A stretch of 64,000 bases of DNA, taken from Candidatus Cloacimonadales bacterium (GTDB taxonomy: Bacteria > Cloacimonadota > Cloacimonadia > Cloacimonadales > DAONDQ01). Both the position numbers and the translations under genes were made by a program. Below the pieces are notes generated by a model, which saw only the letters and a list, made by a program, of their open reading frames with translations, was not told the origin of the DNA and did no database searches. The stretch is taken from NCBI GenBank assembly GCA_963662275.1, contig OY759316.1, forward strand, positions 832,001 to 896,000, in the 5' to 3' direction. Each line of letters opens with the position of its first letter. Position 1 is the first letter of the stretch. This document shows, piece after piece, positions 57,875-64,000 of the stretch.

Positions 57875-60808
57875 TTACGGTTTCACCCACTTCATAGGAT
57901 AAGCATCATTCTGTACAAAATCTCCCTGCAAAAGGAGATTCTTGGGATCTATATCATTATCAAAAGCCTGCCATGAATGATCGACATATTTAAACATAAT
58001 ACGCATTGATTTGACTGCTGTTTCTGTATTCCATAACCAGAAACTTAAGGAATGCTCGGAATTGAAAGGACTCATAAATGAAAAGATCAATGACGAATTA
58101 GGTCCAGAAAAAGTGCGGGAAGGTACTTGAATGCTTCCCTGTAGTATGGTAAATCCGGAAGGTAATTTATTCAGGAAACGGTTAAAGAAGGAATTTGTAG
58201 GCACACTACCAAAGACAAGAAGACTACGATTTTGCCAATCAACAGTATCTATTTTACTTGCTAGAACAGTATCAAATTGAATGCCATTTTGTTTGAACAT
58301 ATTAGTTATATTCCCAATTTCTGCCATCTTTGACCCTGATTCCGGTAAAACGATAAGAGGATTTTCCTGGAATGTGCGTTTCAGGCAAAAAACCATATCT
58401 TTTCCCGATAGTTTGCGAATGACTTTATATCCGGGATCGATTTCCAATGATTCGATATTTCCTTTAAGAGCCAGGTGAATTTGCTGATCCATATTCACTG
58501 TATCGACATAGATTGTATCTGAACCCGTTGCATAATTGACAGCAATAGGCACATGCAGCATAAATGGCGGAGATGTTTGTTTCAATACGAAATCAATACT
58601 CTTTCCAGAATGCTTGACATCAGCAAGTGATAAGGAAGGAAAATCCGGTCTGGATAACCATTGCTCAGCAACTTTAGTTAAATCCTGGTTCTTATCATGT
58701 GGATTCTGAGATTGAAGACTACGTAGCAAATCAGTCCATCCTGCATATTTTCCTTGATATTTAGCTATGAAATCCTTGAGTCCAGCAAAGAAGTCTTTTT
58801 TGCCCATCTGGTCATAAAGATTGTAAAAGACCATTCCACCTTTTTGGAAACCAATCACAGCATCGTTTTTCTTTTCTGCAAAGTAGAAGTTCTCCAAAGG
58901 ATAATGATATTGAGGAGAGAGAAAATTAATATCCTGGAGAGCGTTCTTTCGCCATAAATCAGTTTCACCACTCTTTCCATGCATCTCCAGCCAATAGTAA
59001 TTGGAAATGAAGTTATTCAGGATATCAGTCCAGTTCCCTTCAGATGATTTTGCATATATGGCATTTCCCCACCAGCTTCGTGACATTTCATGTCCCAAAA
59101 CGGTTGATGATAATAAGATATCCGATGCCTGGAATAAATTACTCGGGAAGATATACATATCCGGATAGCTCATACCTTCCGGTAAAAAGTTCTCTATCAG
59201 ATTCATGGAAGACCCCGGATATTTTCCAAACAAATTTGTATAATCAACATAATAGGTTTGCATTTGAGTAAGAAACTTGGGAGCATTTTTAGTATCTGGG
59301 GTTTTAAGATAGACTGATAGACGCATGTCACCAACCTGGAGGCTTTTAATTGTGAATTTCCCTCCAAAGAGAGTAACACCTTCATAGGGATATTCAGATG
59401 TCCAAATATAATTATAGTGGTTATCAGCAGATATTTTTATTTCTTCTTTACCGGAGCAAACAAGTCGTGTTGGAAATTTGCAAATTGCAGAGACCTTATA
59501 ATTTGCTAAACCATGACCTGGCGTTGGGTACCAGGCACCAACAGGTAAGTAGATTCCTTCCTTTTCCTGTTCAGAAATTAAGCCCCATTGTGAAGCTTCT
59601 GCTGTCAGGTCAGCATAGTTATACAATACTCCTTCATAAAAAACGGTTATTTCTGATGAATTACTATCTTTTAACAGATGAAAACTCTGGTAACCTTCTT
59701 CATTTTTTTGCAGTATGTATTTAACTTCTTTATCATTTTGCTTAATCGAGCTAATTTTAAGATAGGGAGATAAAAGCAATGAATCCTCTTCCGTGATATT
59801 TCTTGAATACCTGATCTGATCAGAGCCTTTCATGAAATGAATATCTGAAAATAATTCGATACTGATATTGTGACTGATGATTGGTTCTGCGATTGGCATT
59901 GAGTTATTATTATCATCCTGTGCCGGATTTCGATGGATAAGAACTAGGAAATCACCTTCCTTTTGCCAGATCTTTTGATATGATAATTCTTCATTTGGTT
60001 GAAAAGCAATAGGTGTAATAACAGCAATTCTCAGCTTTGGATTTAATAATGCCAGCTTCTGTGCTGTCCCTAGATGAGCCGCACTGTGAAAATCTCCATT
60101 ATAATGAATCATAGATGTACCAGGATTTTGAACCAGGTAATCATTCATACTCTCAGCCATTGTATCATCTTTGATGCATTGTGCAGCATAGATATTATCC
60201 AGGAATTGATTCCCACCAGGCATACCTTTGCCTGATCCCATGGCATCCTGCATGGTAGCCATGAACTTGATCCGATATTCATCATCCAATATCACAGGCT
60301 TTCGCATTATCCAAGTTTTTTCAGCAACAGGGAGTGATTCAAGGGCAGTAATACCACTTTTAGCAACCATTGAGGCATATCTGCGTGGAATATTGGCAGC
60401 AATTACTGGTAAAGTATGTGATTTGGCAAATGCAATAATTGGCTTGTAATCTGTTTCATGATTAGGCCAAAGCCGAACATTTTTTTTCATCTCTTCTTCT
60501 GTATCAGTACCCGACAAGTAACTATTCAGAGCGAGTTGATTATCTTTTTCAAACATCTCCATGGAAATAGCCATCTTAGGATTTTTCTGATACATGAGAG
60601 GTAGAATTTCAGCTTCCATCTGATGGAGAATTGCATCATCATGAAATTCACCAAAGAAGATCACATCATATTTTTGGATGCCAGCCACCATCTTGTCGAG
60701 TGTTACAATCTTACCGGTTTTTGTGTCGATGATACGATAATTCTCTGCCTGTGCCATTAGCAAAACACAGAAAGTAAGTAATATGAAGATAAGCAGGTAC
60801 TTGTTCAT
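57875..60808 (-). CDS. Secreted ChaN-like (haem uptake/Tiki fold) domain fused to a degenerate M1-aminopeptidase-like domain
   Basis: FFGEFHD, SMEMFE, AANIPR, AQCIKDDTMA, HYNGDFHS; second half GHEMSRSWWGN, FQKGGMVF. Confidence 0.8.
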   Translation of the reverse strand: MNKYLLIFILLTFCVLLMAQAENYRIIDTKTGKIVTLDKMVAGIQKYDVIFFGEFHDDAILHQMEAEILPLMYQKNPKMAISMEMFEKDNQLALNSYLSGTDTEEEMKKNVRLWPNHETDYKPIIAFAKSHTLPVIAANIPRRYASMVAKSGITALESLPVAEKTWIMRKPVILDDEYRIKFMATMQDAMGSGKGMPGGNQFLDNIYAAQCIKDDTMAESMNDYLVQNPGTSMIHYNGDFHSAAHLGTAQKLALLNPKLRIAVITPIAFQPNEELSYQKIWQKEGDFLVLIHRNPAQDDNNNSMPIAEPIISHNISIELFSDIHFMKGSDQIRYSRNITEEDSLLLSPYLKISSIKQNDKEVKYILQKNEEGYQSFHLLKDSNSSEITVFYEGVLYNYADLTAEASQWGLISEQEKEGIYLPVGAWYPTPGHGLANYKVSAICKFPTRLVCSGKEEIKISADNHYNYIWTSEYPYEGVTLFGGKFTIKSLQVGDMRLSVYLKTPDTKNAPKFLTQMQTYYVDYTNLFGKYPGSSMNLIENFLPEGMSYPDMYIFPSNLFQASDILLSSTVLGHEMSRSWWGNAIYAKSSEGNWTDILNNFISNYYWLEMHGKSGETDLWRKNALQDINFLSPQYHYPLENFYFAEKKNDAVIGFQKGGMVFYNLYDQMGKKDFFAGLKDFIAKYQGKYAGWTDLLRSLQSQNPHDKNQDLTKVAEQWLSRPDFPSLSLADVKHSGKSIDFVLKQTSPPFMLHVPIAVNYATGSDTIYVDTVNMDQQIHLALKGNIESLEIDPGYKVIRKLSGKDMVFCLKRTFQENPLIVLPESGSKMAEIGNITNMFKQNGIQFDTVLASKIDTVDWQNRSLLVFGSVPTNSFFNRFLNKLPSGFTILQGSIQVPSRTFSGPNSSLIFSFMSPFNSEHSLSFWLWNTETAVKSMRIMFKYVDHSWQAFDNDIDPKNLLLQGDFVQNDAYPMKWVKP

Positions 60809-60843
60809 TTAATTTCCTTGTTCATAGTTATTATTTGAAATTC

Positions 60844-61452
60844 TTACAGTTTTGACCATTGATTAATTTTATCGATTTTCTTCATCTCTTCTAAAAATAA
60901 CTCAACCGTTTCGCTTTTTTCTTCCTCAATCTCTAAAGAAATATGCACGATTTCACTGTAAGAACTGTCAATTTTCTCAGCACCAATCTCAGTTAACTGA
61001 TGACGAATGAAATCTTGATGATTGTAAGATGTGTCAAGTATGAAAGTGACTAGATAACGAAGAGGGATGATTTTTGTATTTTCAAGAGCTTGGTCAACGA
61101 CTGCTGAATAAGCTTCAATCAGACCGGGTATGCCAAGTTTTGTACCACCAAAATAACGGGTAACAACGACTACTATGTTCGTAAGTTTGTGTTTTATTAA
61201 TACATTAAGCATAGGTTTTCCTGCTGTTCCAGGTGGTTCACCCTGGTCTGATGCATGCTCTGTATCACCTTGATTCCCGAGGATATATGCCCAACAATTA
61301 TGGCTAGCGGAGCTATGTTCATTACTAACCTGGCTGATAAATGTTTTTACCTCAGATGTCGTACTTGCAGGACTTAGATGCGCAATGAAACGAGATCTTT
61401 TTATCTTCGTTTCAAAGCTGCTTAAATCAGATATAGTGAATAATCCTGCCAT
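60844..61452 (-). CDS. yigZ: YigZ/IMPACT family protein
   Basis: IKRSRFI, ASHNCWAY, DQGEPPGTAGKPML, VTRYFGGTKLG..GLIEAY. Confidence 0.93.
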   Translation of the reverse strand: MAGLFTISDLSSFETKIKRSRFIAHLSPASTTSEVKTFISQVSNEHSSASHNCWAYILGNQGDTEHASDQGEPPGTAGKPMLNVLIKHKLTNIVVVVTRYFGGTKLGIPGLIEAYSAVVDQALENTKIIPLRYLVTFILDTSYNHQDFIRHQLTEIGAEKIDSSYSEIVHISLEIEEEKSETVELFLEEMKKIDKINQWSKL

Positions 61453-61508
61453 GACAATACCTCAAATGTGAGTTGCCTGCTTATCTGGGATTTGTCAATT
61501 GTTTTGTC

Positions 61509-61874
61509 ATAGACCCCCCTACCCCCCTTCTCAAGGGGGGAAGAAAGAAATCCCCCATTGAGAAGGAGAGAAGAAAGAAATCCCCCCTTGAGAAGGAGAG
61601 AAGAAAGAAATTCCTCCTTGAGAAGGAGAGAAGAAAGAAATTCCCCCTTGAGAAGGAGAGAAGAAAGAAATTCCCCCTTGGGAAGGAGAGAAGAAAGAAA
61701 TTCCCCCTTGGGAAGGAGAGAAGAAAGAAATTCCCCCTTGAGAAGGAGAGAAGAAAGAAATCCCCCCTTGAGAAGGAGGGAAGAAAGAAATCCCCCCCTT
61801 GAGAAGGTAAAAAAAATCCCCCCTTGAGAAGGTAAAAAAAATCCCCCCTTGGGAAGGGGGGTAGGGGGGTCTAT
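61509..61874. repeat. 30-bp tandem array flanked by 33-bp inverted repeats
   Basis: Inverted repeats 61509-61541 and 61842-61874 (1 mismatch); 8 full units AAGAAAGAAATYCCCCCTTGRGAAGGAGAG, one partial unit, two 25-bp variants. Confidence 0.95.
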
Positions 61875-61970
61875 TTTCCTGCTATCCCTATATGCTCCAA
61901 ATAAACTCGACAAAATTAATAATAAAGAAAATCGTGTATTTTTAACTTTTAAAAAATGAAGGAGACTCCC

Positions 61971-64000
61971 GTGAAAAAAGCGTTATTTTTTCTTTTCCTA
62001 ATATCATTCGTTATCAGCTTATCCGCTGAACAGATGTTGCATAAAACCTTGCCTAACGGTCTTGAAGTTGTGGTTAAAGAGAATTTTTCAAATAACTCTG
62101 TAGCTGTTTACTGCTATTTACGTACAGGTTCAGTTCATGAGGAAGAATACATTGGAATGGGTCTCAGTCATGTTCTTGAACATGTTGTATCCGGTGGAAG
62201 CACAGAATTTCATACCGAAAAAGAATATGAGGAAATGGGACGGCGTATGGGTTCCATTGTAAATGCCAGTACTTGGAAAGATTGGGTGAATTACTATATC
62301 CAGGTGGATAAACAATATGCCAACGATGCTGTTAAGGAACTGGTAGAACACGTTGGTTATGCCGCACTAAATGAGTCGGAAATGGAACGTGAACTGAAAG
62401 TGATTGAAAAAGAAATTGTCATGCGCTCCACTCCTCCCACAATGAAAGTCTACCAAAGGATGAACGAGATATTTTATCCTGACTCTCCCTATCGGTATCC
62501 TGTAATTGGCTACACAGATAAACTTCGTAATATTACTCATGATATCCTGGTTGAATACTACAAACGGAGGCATAGTCCTGAGAATATGATTGTCATTGTC
62601 TGTGGTAATTTTAAAGCAGAAGATATGATGGCTGTTGTCGAAAAAGAATGGGGTGGATTGAAGCAGCGAGGTCGTATTCCATTAGTCCTCAACCAGCAGC
62701 GTCTCCTGGAGGGAGAAAATACCATTGTGGAAGAATTCGAGATTAAACAACCGACGATGATGATCAATTATCAGTTGCCGGAAGCTGCAGCATTAGATGA
62801 AACGGCAATTGAAACTGCTTTAAATTGCCTGATGCAGCAACGTAATTCACCTATTACTTACCGCCTCGTTGAAAAAGAAAAGCTTTGTACCCAATTTTAT
62901 GGTTATTATGCTAAAGAAAACGACCAGATTAGTCCAAGCATTCAAATCTGGTGTGAAACCGATAGTACTAAAAACTTACCTCGAATCATTGCAATCCTGG
63001 ATGAAGAAATAGCTAAAGCTGGAAGCAAAGGTATTGATGAAAAGCAACTGAAACGTGTTGTCTCAACAGAAAAAGCACGACAAATGCTAGACACACCTGA
63101 TGCAGCAACGGAAGCTGAGGAGATAGGTGAAACCCTTTTATCTGGCTCAAGGCAACCCGATAATAGCGCTGTTATCATTGAAAAGTACGAAAAACTGACG
63201 GTAAATGACGTAAATGAAGCGATAAAGAAATATCTTCTTCCCGGTAATCGTATTGTTTTTATAGGAGTACCAACAGGAGAAGCCAAAATTCTTGAAAAGA
63301 AGGAAACTGGAAAGCAATTGGCAAGTGATATCACAAAAATCACGATTAATCCAGCGCTAACATTGTTATACCGTAAAAACAATCGTAAACCACTGGTACA
63401 TGGAGTATTATGGTTTCCTATGTCTAGTGAAATCCAGAGACCTGAGACTGTAGGAAGTATTGAATATATGGTAGGTCTTATCACTTCGGGACCTGAAGGC
63501 CAAGATCCCTTGGATATCAGCCAGTGGGAAGAAGATCGTTCCATTGGTCTGGATGTTTCCACAAGACGTGATGGAACTGTGATCAGCTTTCGCTGTCTGA
63601 AAGAAGATTATCCTAAACTGAAGACGCTTTTAAAAGATAGTTTTGCTAAACCGGCGTTTGCTGAAAGTGAAATTGAACGCAATCGTCAATATCTGGAAAC
63701 CAGGCTGAAATATCAACTGACAAGCGATGATGCGAACCATAATGAGTTTATCAATCAATATCTTTTCCCTAGCCGACGTGAAAGTATTACATTAGAAGCA
63801 CGCACCAGGCATCTTCTAACCTTAACTACTGATAGTTTGAAAGTCTTATATCATAAGTACTTTAAAGCCGACAAAGCTCTTGTAACTCTGTTTGGAGATA
63901 TTGAAAAGGATGAAGCAACGGCTATGGCTAAAGAGCTTTACAGTTACCTTCCCAAAGGTATACCTGATGGTTCTCGCTTAAACAAGAACCCGATTTTCGA
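61971..64000 (+). CDS. M16 (pitrilysin-family) zinc peptidase, 3' truncated by window edge; absent from ORF track
   Basis: AAGGAG SD then GTG; signal peptide; TLPNGL..GSVHE..GLSHVLEH inverted zinc motif. Confidence 0.92.
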   Translation, partial: MKKALFFLFLISFVISLSAEQMLHKTLPNGLEVVVKENFSNNSVAVYCYLRTGSVHEEEYIGMGLSHVLEHVVSGGSTEFHTEKEYEEMGRRMGSIVNASTWKDWVNYYIQVDKQYANDAVKELVEHVGYAALNESEMERELKVIEKEIVMRSTPPTMKVYQRMNEIFYPDSPYRYPVIGYTDKLRNITHDILVEYYKRRHSPENMIVIVCGNFKAEDMMAVVEKEWGGLKQRGRIPLVLNQQRLLEGENTIVEEFEIKQPTMMINYQLPEAAALDETAIETALNCLMQQRNSPITYRLVEKEKLCTQFYGYYAKENDQISPSIQIWCETDSTKNLPRIIAILDEEIAKAGSKGIDEKQLKRVVSTEKARQMLDTPDAATEAEEIGETLLSGSRQPDNSAVIIEKYEKLTVNDVNEAIKKYLLPGNRIVFIGVPTGEAKILEKKETGKQLASDITKITINPALTLLYRKNNRKPLVHGVLWFPMSSEIQRPETVGSIEYMVGLITSGPEGQDPLDISQWEEDRSIGLDVSTRRDGTVISFRCLKEDYPKLKTLLKDSFAKPAFAESEIERNRQYLETRLKYQLTSDDANHNEFINQYLFPSRRESITLEARTRHLLTLTTDSLKVLYHKYFKADKALVTLFGDIEKDEATAMAKELYSYLPKGIPDGSRLNKNPIF

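Noticed and set aside
61541..61857. Possible CRISPR array
   Set aside because: Units are contiguous with no unique spacers, and no cas genes are in the window
61422..61913. Repetitive ORFs on both strands (163, 109 and 89 aa)
   Set aside because: Open frames arise from the 30-bp stop-free repeat; low-complexity translations
62130..63562. Minus-strand ORFs including the 206-aa one
   Set aside because: Antisense shadows of the plus-strand M16 peptidase starting at 61971

Overview
AT-rich bacterial chromosomal window. The protein repertoire (FlgD/T9SS-like C-terminal domains, PVELSSF motif, gingipain paralogs) suggests Candidatus Cloacimonadota or a related FCB-group anaerobe; this is inference. 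Contents in order: rpsP-khpA-rimM-trmD-SPOUT-rplS operon; ogt; a giant secreted GH57 multi-CBM enzyme; corA; an arylsulfotransferase; an OmpA protein; an unusual cluster of three signal-peptide-bearing ferredoxins, an outer-membrane beta-barrel and a DsbD_2-like Cys membrane protein, followed by a MacB-like ABC transporter; purH; tRNA-Ser(GGA) with a group IIC-like intron behind its terminator; mobB-thiF-thiS-ppnP; a 24-kb array of secreted proteases (one Kgp-like and two Rgp-like C25 enzymes, two M14 carboxypeptidases); a ChaN-M1 fusion; yigZ; an inverted-repeat-flanked tandem array; and a partial M16 peptidase. Best candidates for new biology: (1) the exported ferredoxin + beta-barrel + DsbD-like module, a possible heme-free trans-envelope electron conduit, and (2) an FN3-like terminal domain that is mutually exclusive with the T9SS-type CTD and may be a second sorting signal. 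All calls come from motif reading only; no searches were run.
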